Shown: piece by piece, positions 27,616 through 37,258 of the stretch
Layout of the letters: the number at the start of each line of letters is the position of its first letter
Position numbering within the stretch: the first letter of the stretch is position 1
NCBI GenBank assembly: GCA_041667205.1
Contig: JBAYFL010000001.1
Coordinates: 258,439-322,438 of the forward strand
From: Verrucomicrobiia bacterium
GTDB lineage: Bacteria > Verrucomicrobiota > Verrucomicrobiia > CAIQCK01
Direction of reading: 5' to 3'
Length of the DNA: 64,000 nt
Notes under the pieces: generated by a model
Databases searched by the model: none
Seen by the model: only the letters and a program-made list of their open reading frames with translations
What the model was told of the DNA's origin: nothing
Position numbers and translations under genes: made by a program

Positions 27616-29067
27616 GTGAATAAGCCGAGAACCATAGAAGGCCGGTGGTGGATTGATGGAGCAGACAAGCCCGCACACTTCGGGATTCTGACTTACGATC
27701 CCGAAGACGGATTGAGTCTCACGGTTAAAATCCCACAGAGCCGAACGGTGGATGCGTTCATGATCGAACACGCCACACGGGGCTGGCCCGAGATATCGAG
27801 GATCATTCACGGTGCCGACGAACACGATCAATCCATAACCTTATTTGGATGTGCTGTAGTTAACCATTCCACCTCTTGCGGCCTCAAGACCTTCACGATC
27901 CATCCAATAGCATGTCTGCTGAAAGCACACTTTAATTCATGGGAAGCCGCAAAGTTCACGACAGCCGAGGTGCATTACACCCTTCTTCACCGATGGTTGA
28001 ACCGGAACATCCTTGAGTCTGTAAAATGCGAAGACAAGCGGCCGGCGGTGAGAATCAAACTATCCGATGAACTGATCTTTGCGGTTGGCGACGGCAACCG
28101 CTTGCGGATTGACCAGTCCATCGAAATGCATGATTCCATTGAGGAGAGTCGTTATTACCTCAACCACCGAATTTGGTTTCACTTTGCAGAAGCTAAGAAC
28201 GTGGAAGTGATTTGCGAAGATTTTGTCGCGGTCTTTCAGCGGTTCCTCAGCCTGCTTACCGGAGAGAGGGTTTTCGTGGAAACAGTCAGGTTCTTTGAAC
28301 ATGACCCTTTCATACCGGGATCAGGCGGTCACGCTTCTGGGGTTGAACTTCTTCAAGCGAATCACGGTGTTTCCCAAGCAAATCGGAATATGCACAGCCC
28401 TCTGATGGTCGCGCCTTTTAACGCCATCTCGGCCCAGTTTGGCCCTATCCTTTGTCGTTGGTTTACTTGCCACAAGGAACTTGAACCCGTGGTGGACCTT
28501 TACTCGGTTGTCTTCACCAATCGAAGTTTATGCGTGGAGAATCAGTTTCTTTTCCTTGCTCAGGCACTTGAGGTTTACCACGCCCGATCGAGGAATTTCA
28601 CTTCAAGCGAGCTGCCGTCCGAACAAGATAAAAACCGCGTGACAGCTATACTCGACACGACGGCTCTGGAGCACCGAGATTGGCTTAAAGAGAAATTGGC
28701 CTTCTCAAACCAAAAGACCTTGGCGCGCCGCATTGATGATATCCTGAGCTTTCATCGGCAGGAAGCCGACCGGCTGACTTCGCGCATTGAGAATTTTCCA
28801 TCCAAGGTCCGTCATACTCGCAACTACTACACGCACTACAACGAGGATTCTCAAAAGAAGGCGGCGAAGGGGCGCGAATTGTGGGAAGTCACGGCCGCCC
28901 TCGAGGCATTGTTGCAAGTCTGCCTCCTAAAGGAAATCGGCATCACGGGCGCGCCCATTGAACGGATTTTGAAGAAATACGCTGAAATGTGGTTTGTAGA
29001 TCTGGCGACCGGCTTTGCGGGAAGCAATGCGGCGCAAAGCGCTGCGGCAGCGAGCAAAACTTCATAA
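27616..29067 (+). CDS. ApeA-like (Abi-type) protein with C-terminal HEPN R-x4-H motif; candidate single-gene defence factor in a lower-GC islet
   Basis: Length is 483 aa. The C-terminal motif is VRHTRNYYTHYNEDSQKK (R-x4-H). The long N-terminal domain has no catalytic motifs I recognise. GC is lower than flanks, and it lies 19 bp after the upstream gene. Confidence 0.5.
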   Translation: MNKPRTIEGRWWIDGADKPAHFGILTYDPEDGLSLTVKIPQSRTVDAFMIEHATRGWPEISRIIHGADEHDQSITLFGCAVVNHSTSCGLKTFTIHPIACLLKAHFNSWEAAKFTTAEVHYTLLHRWLNRNILESVKCEDKRPAVRIKLSDELIFAVGDGNRLRIDQSIEMHDSIEESRYYLNHRIWFHFAEAKNVEVICEDFVAVFQRFLSLLTGERVFVETVRFFEHDPFIPGSGGHASGVELLQANHGVSQANRNMHSPLMVAPFNAISAQFGPILCRWFTCHKELEPVVDLYSVVFTNRSLCVENQFLFLAQALEVYHARSRNFTSSELPSEQDKNRVTAILDTTALEHRDWLKEKLAFSNQKTLARRIDDILSFHRQEADRLTSRIENFPSKVRHTRNYYTHYNEDSQKKAAKGRELWEVTAALEALLQVCLLKEIGITGAPIERILKKYAEMWFVDLATGFAGSNAAQSAAAASKTS

Positions 29068-29203
29068 ACGATTCCCTCGCCAACGAATCCGGCACGGTTC
29101 GGTTTCCTCGTAGCGTTGAAACCGCAGCGACAAGGCGAGGGTTGCGGAAAACCTCGACGGGATCGGCATGCCGCTACAGTGCAGAAGCAAACTTCAAATA
29201 GCT

Positions 29204-30664
29204 TTACTTTCCAGCGGCAGCGGTCTGCTGATAGCCGAGATTGATGGCGCGGCGCATGTCGCGGTAGGAACCCTTGGCGTCACCGGTTTCGGCCAGAGCC
29301 TGGCTGCGCAGCACCAGCGCTTCGACATGGTTCGGGTCTTTAGTCAACAAACCGTTGAGTGCGGCGACGGCCCCGCCAAAGTCGCCGGCATCGGACTGTG
29401 CGCGCGCGGCCAGCAGCAGCGCGACGGGATCATCGGGGCGCAGTGAAGCCAGATGCGCTCCGGCCGCGGCGGCGGCGCGGAAATTCTTGCGCGCCGATTC
29501 CAACTGGACCTTCAGTATGGCGGCGGCCGCGTCACTGGGGTTGTCCTTCAAGGCGTTGTCCACCTCGCGCAGGGCGCCGCCGCGATCATTGCGGCTGAGC
29601 AATTCACGCGCCTTGGTCACGCGAGGCGTGTCGGGCGGTGGCGGCACGGTCTGGGTGGTGACGGGCGCCGCGCCCTTGACCTGCGCTGCCGGCACGAAAC
29701 GCACCACGTCCTTGCGGGCAAAGCCAGTTCCCCGGATGACTTTCGCGATGGAGAACTTCGGCTGCAATTCGGTCACTTCGAGGGCGCCGATTTCCTTGCG
29801 CGGCGCGCCGAGTTGCAGGCCGGTGGTCGGGTCAACGATCCCCTCGTCTTCGTGGAAGGCCACGAAACAGTCGCCCACGGCGATGCCTTTTTCTTCGCCG
29901 GCGTTGATGTAGATGTCGCCGCCTTTGGTCTCGATGACGCGGCCTTCCCATACCACCTTCTCCATTCGCCGGCAGATGAACACCACCGCCTTGTCAATCG
30001 CCTCCTGCGTGGCCTGGCCCAGCGGGGTCTTCGCAAAAGCGGCTGTGCCAAAATTGAAATCCTTCTCCGTGTAGGAAATGCCCATCGCGTTCTTCTCCGC
30101 CTTGCCCTGCACCTGCTCGCTGTCGAGCACCTGTCCGGTTGTCGAATCCACCAACCGGATCGCGATGGTCACCTTGGCTTCCGCGTGCGCGAAACTCAGC
30201 GAGATTCCCTGATAACCGAAACCCTGGTTCTGCTGCTGTGTCTCGCTGAAATCCACCACGGAGCCATAGACCATGACCTGCGTGTTCAACACCCGCCCGA
30301 TTTTGGGCGCGCTGGCCTCGGCGGTGCGGCCGGTCTTGGCGAAGTCCTGTTCCTTGAGCACGTCGCGGATTTGCTGGCGTTCGACCACGATGAACCGCTC
30401 GCTGCGAACGATCGCATCGGTCAATGAATCGGCCATGCCGGTGCCCAGTTCCAGTTTGCCCTTGTAGTTGGACTTGTTCTGGAAATCCATGACCGCAATG
30501 AGTTTCTTCGGCCCGTAGTAAGGCGGCAACTGTGCCAGAATGCCGAGCTGGGCCACGCGCCGCTGCTGCGCAGACGGTGCGCCCGTCCCGCTGTCAGAGG
30601 TGGCGCATCCCGAAACCAGGACAACGACGGCGAGTAAAGTGGATGCCAAAGACAAATGGTTCAT
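29204..30664 (-). CDS. CsgG-family lipoprotein with C-terminal TPR repeats
   Basis: The lipobox is LLAVVVLVSGC. The CsgG core is KKLIAVMDFQNKS…GMADSLTDAIVRSERFIVVERQQIRDVLKEQDF…KIGRVLNTQVMVYGSVVDFS. A C-terminal TPR-like region is present. Start chosen at the MNHLSL Met. Confidence 0.65.
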   Translation of the reverse strand: MNHLSLASTLLAVVVLVSGCATSDSGTGAPSAQQRRVAQLGILAQLPPYYGPKKLIAVMDFQNKSNYKGKLELGTGMADSLTDAIVRSERFIVVERQQIRDVLKEQDFAKTGRTAEASAPKIGRVLNTQVMVYGSVVDFSETQQQNQGFGYQGISLSFAHAEAKVTIAIRLVDSTTGQVLDSEQVQGKAEKNAMGISYTEKDFNFGTAAFAKTPLGQATQEAIDKAVVFICRRMEKVVWEGRVIETKGGDIYINAGEEKGIAVGDCFVAFHEDEGIVDPTTGLQLGAPRKEIGALEVTELQPKFSIAKVIRGTGFARKDVVRFVPAAQVKGAAPVTTQTVPPPPDTPRVTKARELLSRNDRGGALREVDNALKDNPSDAAAAILKVQLESARKNFRAAAAAGAHLASLRPDDPVALLLAARAQSDAGDFGGAVAALNGLLTKDPNHVEALVLRSQALAETGDAKGSYRDMRRAINLGYQQTAAAGK

Positions 30665-30854
30665 ATTCGGAAGTTCTCCATGTTTGGATTGCGCGCCAGT
30701 TGTAGCGCGCACACGGGCCATGTCAAGCCACACGCCACCAGCCCCGGTTGCCAGAAGACGGTCGAACAACCGCCGCCGGAGAAACCCTCCGGGGCGGGGC
30801 GTTGTTTCGTCACAGCGTTGAAACACAATGGACAACGGATTAGTCTCTAATCGC

Positions 30855-32621
30855 ATGGACAAGGCAAAGGTTGCGGAGATTCTCGACGAGATTGGCACTC
30901 TGCTGGAGTTGAAGGGCGAAAACCCGTTCAAGTCCCGCGCCTACCATAACGCCTCACGGCTGATTGACGGTCTCCAGCAAGACCTCGGCGAACTGATCGA
31001 AAGCGGCAAGCTCGGCGAACTCAAAGGCATCGGCGTCGCGCTCACGGAGAAGATCACGGAACTGTGGACCACGGGGAAGCTTGGCTACTACGAGGAGTTG
31101 AAGGCATCGCTGCCGAGCGGGCTGATGGAGATGATCACAATTCCCGGCTTCGGACCAAAGCGGGCGCAGGTCGTCTATAAGAAGCTGAAGGTGGACTCAG
31201 TGGAGAAGCTGGAGGCGGCGTGCAAGGACGGCCGCGTCGCCGCGCTCGAAGGTTTCGGCGAGAAGTCGCAGGAGAAAATCCTCCAGGGCATCGAGCAACT
31301 ACGGCGGTTCGCGGGACGGCACCATTATCACGAGGCGTTTGCCGCGGCGCAATTGATCCTCGAAGCGTTGCGCAACCATCCGGCGACGATCCGCTGCGAG
31401 GCGGCCGGCAGCCTGCGGCGCTGCCGCGAGACGATCGGCGACCTGGATTTTCTGGTGAGCGCTAAGGAGAAGGACGCGGCGGCGCTGATGGAGATGTTTG
31501 TGAAGTTGTCGGGCGTCACTTCGGTCAGCGCCAAGGGCGAGACGAAATCCTCCGTCGTGATTGACGGCGATATTCAGGCGGATCTCCGCGTCGTCAGCGA
31601 CGCGCAGTTTCCGTTCGCGCTGGCCTACTTCACCGGCTCCAAGGAGCACAACATCGCGTTGCGCGGCCGGGCGCTCCAGCGTGGGCTGTCGCTGAACGAA
31701 TACGGCTTCAGCAAGGCCGGCAAGGAGAAGGACGCGGCCGGCGCGCGCGACGGCGGCAGCGTCGTCAAGTGCCGCACCGAGGAGGAGATCTACAAGGCGC
31801 TCGAACTCGATTACATCCCGCCGGAGCTGCGCGAGGACAGCGGCGAGATTGACGCGGCGGAGAAGGGCGAACTGCCGGAGCTGATCGAGAAGGAAAACCT
31901 GCGCGGCGCGTTGCACAATCACTCGACCTGGACCGACGGCCGCGAAACGATCGAGACGATGGCGGAGGCGGCGCAGGAACTGGGCCTCGACTACTTTGGC
32001 ACCGCCGACCACAGCAAGAGCGAGTTCCAGGCGCGCGGGCTGAAGGACGAGCAGATTCCCGATTACATCGCTGATGTCCGCAAAACGAACGAGAAGTTCA
32101 AGAAGCAAGGCTTCCGTGTGTTTGCTGGCATCGAGGTGGACATTCTGGAGGACGGTTCGCTGGACTACAGCGACAAGATTCTGGCGCAGTTCGATTACGT
32201 TGTCGCCGCCGTGCACCGCCGTTTCTCGCAGGACGAGAAGAGCATGACGGCGCGCATCATCAAGGCGATGTCCAATCCGCTCGTGACGATCCTCGCGCAT
32301 CCGACGGGAAGGCTGTTGCTGGAGCGCGAGGCCTACGCGGTGGACATGCACGCCGTCATCGAGGCCGCCGCGCGCCACGGCGTCATCATCGAGATTAACG
32401 CCCATCCCCACCGGCTCGACATGGACTGGCGCTGGTGGAAGTTCGCGAAGGAGCGCGGCGTCAAATGCGCCATCAACGCCGACGCGCACAGCATCCACGA
32501 CCTGCAATACCTCGCCATCGGCGTTGGCATCGCCCGCAAAGGTTGGCTGACGAAAGCCGACGTGATCAACTGCCTGTCGGCGAACAAGGTCGAGGTGGTT
32601 TTGAAAGCGCGGCGAAAGTAG
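30855..32621 (+). CDS. polX: DNA polymerase X family protein with C-terminal PHP domain
   Basis: The helix-hairpin-helix is GIGVALTEKI and GFGPKRA. The Pol-beta-like NT core is followed by PHP motifs (LHNHSTWTDG…ADHSKS…HPHR…NADAHS). Confidence 0.85.
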   Translation: MDKAKVAEILDEIGTLLELKGENPFKSRAYHNASRLIDGLQQDLGELIESGKLGELKGIGVALTEKITELWTTGKLGYYEELKASLPSGLMEMITIPGFGPKRAQVVYKKLKVDSVEKLEAACKDGRVAALEGFGEKSQEKILQGIEQLRRFAGRHHYHEAFAAAQLILEALRNHPATIRCEAAGSLRRCRETIGDLDFLVSAKEKDAAALMEMFVKLSGVTSVSAKGETKSSVVIDGDIQADLRVVSDAQFPFALAYFTGSKEHNIALRGRALQRGLSLNEYGFSKAGKEKDAAGARDGGSVVKCRTEEEIYKALELDYIPPELREDSGEIDAAEKGELPELIEKENLRGALHNHSTWTDGRETIETMAEAAQELGLDYFGTADHSKSEFQARGLKDEQIPDYIADVRKTNEKFKKQGFRVFAGIEVDILEDGSLDYSDKILAQFDYVVAAVHRRFSQDEKSMTARIIKAMSNPLVTILAHPTGRLLLEREAYAVDMHAVIEAAARHGVIIEINAHPHRLDMDWRWWKFAKERGVKCAINADAHSIHDLQYLAIGVGIARKGWLTKADVINCLSANKVEVVLKARRK

Positions 32622-32633
32622 AAAGCCATTCCT

Positions 32634-33908
32634 TTGAACGAAACCACTTTCTTGTCCTCCCTTGCCCATCGCTCCAGCGACCCGGCGATCTCGTGGCTGA
32701 TGAAGCTGACGCTGGATCAGCCGCATCTGATCTCGCTGGCCGCGGGCTTCACCGACAACGAAACCTTGCCAGTGGCGGAAGTCGGCGCGCTGGTGGCCGA
32801 ACTCGTGCGCGACGACAACGCGGCGCGCGCGGCGCTGCAATACGGTTCCACCGCCGGCGACGCCGAATTGCGCAAGTTGACGCTCGACCGCGTCTGCGCT
32901 CAGGACGGCATCGCGCCGGGCGCGGCGTTGACGGCGGACGACGTCGTCATCACCAACGGCTCGCAGCAGTTGCTCTACCTGCTCAGCGAAGTGCTGTGCG
33001 ATCCGGGCGATATCGTGCTGGTTGAGGACCCGACTTACTTCGTTTACCTTGGCATCTGCGAAGCGCTCGGCATTGACGCGACGCCAGTGCGGCTGGAGCC
33101 AGATGGCATTTCGCTCGACGGACTCAAGCGGACCCTCCAGCGATTGAAGGATGGCGGCAAGCTCGGCCGGTTGAAGTTCGCCTATCTCGTCACGTATTTT
33201 CAGAACCCAACCGGTTGGACGACAAGCTTTGAGAAGAAGCGCGAGGCATTCGCCATCCTGCGCCACTACGAAGCCGCGGCAGGACATCCGATCTTTGTGC
33301 TGGAGGATGCCGGTTATCGTGACCTGCGCTTTGCCGGGCCGGACACGCCGTCGCTGAAGTCGCTCGACGCGACCAACGAGCGTGTCGCCTACTCGAACAC
33401 CTACACGAAACCGTTCGCCACCGGCATCAAGGTTGGCTACGGCGTGCTGCCGCGGCCGCTCATGCGCCACGTGCTGCGCTCCAAGGGCAACCACGACTTT
33501 GGCTCGGCGAACTTCAACCAGCGGCTGATCGCGCTCGCGTTGCGCACGGGCGCTTATGACCGGCACCTGCCCAGAATGCACGCCGGCTATCGGCGGCGGA
33601 AGGAATTGATGGGCAACGCGATGAAGAAGTATTTCCCGCCGTCGGCGAAGTGGCAGGAAGCCAGCGGCGGCCTCTACTTCTGGCCAGAGTTGCCCGCGCT
33701 GGTCGACACCAGCCGCGATGGGGACATCTTCCGCACCGCGCTCGACGCCGGCGTGCTCTACGTGCCGGGCGATCTTTGCTTCGCGTCGTCGCCGCTGCGG
33801 CCGAAGCCGAAGAACTGCATGAGGCTCTCCTTCGGCGGCACGCCATCGGGTCAGATCGAGGAAGGCATCAAGCGGCTCGGCGCGGTCCTGCGCTCGCACG
33901 GACTGTAG
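32634..33908 (+). CDS. PLP-dependent aminotransferase (class I/II fold)
   Basis: The 424-aa ORF has an aminotransferase-like pattern (…NPTGWTTS…YTKPFATGIKVGYGVLP…). Confidence 0.65.
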   Translation: MNETTFLSSLAHRSSDPAISWLMKLTLDQPHLISLAAGFTDNETLPVAEVGALVAELVRDDNAARAALQYGSTAGDAELRKLTLDRVCAQDGIAPGAALTADDVVITNGSQQLLYLLSEVLCDPGDIVLVEDPTYFVYLGICEALGIDATPVRLEPDGISLDGLKRTLQRLKDGGKLGRLKFAYLVTYFQNPTGWTTSFEKKREAFAILRHYEAAAGHPIFVLEDAGYRDLRFAGPDTPSLKSLDATNERVAYSNTYTKPFATGIKVGYGVLPRPLMRHVLRSKGNHDFGSANFNQRLIALALRTGAYDRHLPRMHAGYRRRKELMGNAMKKYFPPSAKWQEASGGLYFWPELPALVDTSRDGDIFRTALDAGVLYVPGDLCFASSPLRPKPKNCMRLSFGGTPSGQIEEGIKRLGAVLRSHGL

Positions 33909-33914
33909 GTGGCA

Positions 33915-35297
33915 CTACGCCTTCTTCAGCCGCGCGCAGACGATGAGGAGGACGATTTGTTCCGCTGCCAGCGCGCACAGGCTTGCGATGGGCGAGATGC
34001 GCGCGCCGAGCGAGGGCGTCGTGCTCACCAGCGTTGTCACCGCCAGCACCAGCATGGCGACGTTCAGAAGTTTCGCGGCCGTCAACATGCGGCTGTGGCC
34101 GGCGGCGAGCAATTTGCCGTTGCGGTATTCGTTCCAGACGGCGATCAGCGGCAGGAACATTGAGACGCGCAATACGTCCTTGATGAGCGCCAGCAACGTC
34201 GCTGGCGCTTGGAACGCGTGCAGCAGCAGCCAATCGCCCAGCGGCGTCCATGCCAGCAGCCCGACGATCACGGTGGCGCCAACGCCGGTTTGCACGCAGA
34301 ACCAGCCTACCGTGCGATCGCGCCGGTCGTGCGGATGCGCCCCGGTCAGCGGCGCGCTGAAGAACAGCGACACCTGGTGGATCATGAACAGCGGCCCCAT
34401 CAGCAGATACGTGACGACGCTGCCGATGGCAGCGGTGGCGATAACGCTTTGCGGATCGGGAATGCGCGAGAGGCCGGCGTTGATGATGGACATGGTCATC
34501 GCGCCGGTGATGGCCGCGACGACCAGCGGCAGGTAGAACGTCGCCACGCGGCGGAACGTCAGCGGCGGCGCGGATACTTCGGCGCGCGGCTGCTGTTGCG
34601 GCAGCGAATGAAACCACTTCCGGAAACTCCCGAACGCCGATATCGCTTCAACCGCCATGCCTGCGAGGAATATGACGCCACCGCGCATGCCGCTGTCGAG
34701 CCAACCGGTTTGCGAAAAGAGCGCCGCCAGCGCGAGCATCATAACCACGCGCAGTGCCATGCCGAGCGTGATCCAGAGCGTTTTCTGTTTCACCAGCAGC
34801 ACCGAGTGGAAAATGCTGCGCAGCGCGGAGAACAACGACACGAACATCAGCACCTGGAAAACACTGACCGCCGCCGGAAACAACTCATCCCGCGCGCCCA
34901 TCCAGCGGTGAATCACGATATACGCCAGCGGCGTCCATGCGATGGCAAGACAGAGGAGCTGGTCAATAAAACCCGCAAGCAGCGCCACGCGCATGTAGGT
35001 GCCCCAGCCCGCGCGGTCGCGCACGAGAGCCGCGCCCGTCTGCCGCAGCATCACCATCGGCGACTCTGCCAGCACGCAGATGGAGTTGGCGACGGCGTAG
35101 GAGGCAACCGACTGCGCCGGCTGCGACGTGCGGTTGAGCGAGCCGTTGATGATGGCGTGGCTGAGCGTCATCATCGCGTTGCTGGCCGCCAGCGGGGCAT
35201 AGAACTTCCAGAGCGTCCACTGGCTGACGCCGCTCTCCGGCGGCGCGCCAACCGGCGCTACGACTGGCAGCTCTTCATTGTCAAAAGGTTCGCTCAC
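33915..35297 (-). CDS. MOP-superfamily (MATE/polysaccharide-flippase-like) polytopic membrane protein
   Basis: Length is 460 aa with about 12 predicted TM helices. The N-terminal region resembles MATE/Wzx. Confidence 0.5.
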   Translation of the reverse strand: MSEPFDNEELPVVAPVGAPPESGVSQWTLWKFYAPLAASNAMMTLSHAIINGSLNRTSQPAQSVASYAVANSICVLAESPMVMLRQTGAALVRDRAGWGTYMRVALLAGFIDQLLCLAIAWTPLAYIVIHRWMGARDELFPAAVSVFQVLMFVSLFSALRSIFHSVLLVKQKTLWITLGMALRVVMMLALAALFSQTGWLDSGMRGGVIFLAGMAVEAISAFGSFRKWFHSLPQQQPRAEVSAPPLTFRRVATFYLPLVVAAITGAMTMSIINAGLSRIPDPQSVIATAAIGSVVTYLLMGPLFMIHQVSLFFSAPLTGAHPHDRRDRTVGWFCVQTGVGATVIVGLLAWTPLGDWLLLHAFQAPATLLALIKDVLRVSMFLPLIAVWNEYRNGKLLAAGHSRMLTAAKLLNVAMLVLAVTTLVSTTPSLGARISPIASLCALAAEQIVLLIVCARLKKA

Positions 35298-35395
35298 AGG
35301 ACTCGCCTTAGTGTGCGGAGTCGCAGCGGGAATTTCAAGCGAACGGCGGCGCCGTCAGCCTTGCCGCCGCCGCTGGGGTCGCTTATAAGGTCTGC

Positions 35396-36130
35396 ATGAC
35401 CACCGACTTCGTCCGCCCCGACAAACGCCGGCCCGACCAGTTGCGCCGCGTGCGCATCCGCAAGAACTACGTCCGCTCCGCGCTCGGCTCGGCGCTGTGT
35501 GAGTTTGGCAGGACGCGCGTCATCTGCGTCGCCAGCGTCGAAGAAGACGTGCCGCGTTGGATGCGGGCACAGAGAGTCACCGGCGGCTGGATCACCGGCG
35601 AATACGCGATGCTCCCCTACGCCGGCGGTGACCGCAAACAACGCGAAAGCACCCGCGGCAAGCTCGACGGTCGAACGGTGGAGATCCAGCGCCTCGTCGG
35701 CCGCGCCCTGCGCACCGTGATTGACCTGGAGAAGCTTGGCCCGCGCACGATCTGGGTTGATTGCGACGTGCTGGAGGCCGACGGCGGCACGCGCACGGCG
35801 GCGATCACCGGCGCGTTCGTGGCGCTTTGTCTGGCGTTGCGCAAGCTGCAAAAGGAAGGATTGCTCGCCGACTGGCCGATCAAACGGCAGATCGCCGCCA
35901 TCAGCGTTGGCATCCTCGAAGGCACACCGATCCTCGACCTCTGCTACGCCGAAGACTCGAAGGCCGCCGTGGACATGAACGTGGTGATGACCGACGCCGG
36001 CGAGTTCGTCGAGGTGCAGGGCAGCGGCGAGGAGGCGACGTTCACCGCCGCGCAGCTCCAGCAAATGCTCGCGCTGGCCGAGAAAGGCATCCGCGAGTTG
36101 ATGACATTGCAGAAGCGGGCGATTGGGTAA
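35396..36130 (+). CDS. rph: Ribonuclease PH
   Basis: RPDKRRPDQLRRVRI…GSALCEFGRTRVICVASV…GWITGEYAMLP…TIWVDCDVLEADGGTR is highly characteristic of RNase PH. Confidence 0.9.
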   Translation: MTTDFVRPDKRRPDQLRRVRIRKNYVRSALGSALCEFGRTRVICVASVEEDVPRWMRAQRVTGGWITGEYAMLPYAGGDRKQRESTRGKLDGRTVEIQRLVGRALRTVIDLEKLGPRTIWVDCDVLEADGGTRTAAITGAFVALCLALRKLQKEGLLADWPIKRQIAAISVGILEGTPILDLCYAEDSKAAVDMNVVMTDAGEFVEVQGSGEEATFTAAQLQQMLALAEKGIRELMTLQKRAIG

Positions 36131-36133
36131 GAT

Positions 36134-36242
36134 CAGTTAAGAGTTAAGAATGAAGAGTGAAGCGTTTCGCAAACAACAAGGGCGTGCAAATACTTCGCCA
36201 ACTCTTAACTCTTAATTTTTCACTCTTAACTACCGATAAGCC
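36134..36242. repeat. AT-rich imperfect inverted repeat built on the motif ctcttaac/gttaagag (possible rph terminator; related copy at 63352-63384)
   Basis: gttaagagttaagaatgaagagtgaag … actcttaactcttaatttttcactcttaac: the arms are reverse complements (tcttaactcttaa). Confidence 0.5.
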
Positions 36243-37208
36243 GTGTTCCGTAATTCCTTCATCCACATTCACGGCGTCGGGCCGAAACTGGAGCAGGCGC
36301 TCTGGCGCGAGGGTGTCACCGATTGGCAGATGGCGCTCGACACGCCGTTGGAGCGGATCGCGCACGTCAAGGCCGACTGGGTGAAGCGCGGCAGCGAGGC
36401 GGCGTTGCGCGCGGCGGAGCGCGGCGATCTGGCGCACTTCGCGCAATGCTGGCCGTCGCGCGACGCGTGGCGCTGGTTGGCGGAGTTTGGCGACCGCGCC
36501 GTTTATCTCGACATCGAAACCACCGGCGAGCCGAAGGAAATCGGTGACATCACCTGCATCGGTCTCTACGACGGCCGCGCGCCGCGGATGCTCGTCAACG
36601 GGCGCGACCTCGACCAACTGCCGGAGGCGCTTGCGCCTTACTCGCTCGTGGTGACCTACAACGGCGGGCCGTTCGATCTGCCTTTCATCCGTGCGAAGTT
36701 CCCCGGTATCTGCCTGCCGCCGCTGCACGTGGATCTCTGCCCGTCGCTGCGGCACGTTGGTCTGAAAGGCGGCCTGAAAAGCATCGAGCGGCAGGCCAAT
36801 CTCGACCGGCCGGAAGTGGTGGAAGAAGCGGACGGCTGGACCGCCGTGCTGCTCTGGCGTCGGCATTTGCGAGGCGACGAGCGCGCGCTGCCGACGCTGC
36901 TGCGTTATTGCGCCGAGGACGTCGTCGCGCTGGAGCCGCTCGCGCGCATCGCCTACAATCGCCACCTCGACGCGCTCGCCACCAAGCCGCCGGGCGCAAC
37001 GCGGTTGGAGCAGGCGCCGCGCCCGTTCCTCGACATGCCCTTCTCGCGCGAGCTGCTGGCAGAACTGACGGGTATCCATCTGCCGACCGCGCCCGGCGTC
37101 GTGCGCGAGACTTTGCCGACGTGGCAGGCGCAGGTCCGGCCGCTGGTGATGCAGTCGGCGCATGAGAAAGCAATGGAGTGGTTGAAAAAGAAAACCGGAG
37201 AGAAGTAA
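36243..37208 (+). CDS. RNase H-like 3'-5' exonuclease-fold protein with N-terminal helix-hairpin-helix
   Basis: GVGPKLEQAL is the HhH. VYLDIETTGEP…ITCIGLY matches the DEDD/RNase_H-like motif I. Confidence 0.55.
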   Translation: MFRNSFIHIHGVGPKLEQALWREGVTDWQMALDTPLERIAHVKADWVKRGSEAALRAAERGDLAHFAQCWPSRDAWRWLAEFGDRAVYLDIETTGEPKEIGDITCIGLYDGRAPRMLVNGRDLDQLPEALAPYSLVVTYNGGPFDLPFIRAKFPGICLPPLHVDLCPSLRHVGLKGGLKSIERQANLDRPEVVEEADGWTAVLLWRRHLRGDERALPTLLRYCAEDVVALEPLARIAYNRHLDALATKPPGATRLEQAPRPFLDMPFSRELLAELTGIHLPTAPGVVRETLPTWQAQVRPLVMQSAHEKAMEWLKKKTGEK

Positions 37209-37258
37209 AGTGCGATGCGTCAAGGACGCGTCGTGATCGGCCGAAAGGAGAATGCTCT

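Noticed and set aside
31299-33899. 866-aa minus-strand ORF spanning polX and the aminotransferase
   Set aside because: It crosses two independently well-supported plus-strand genes and is dominated by Arg/Ala/Gly/Val.
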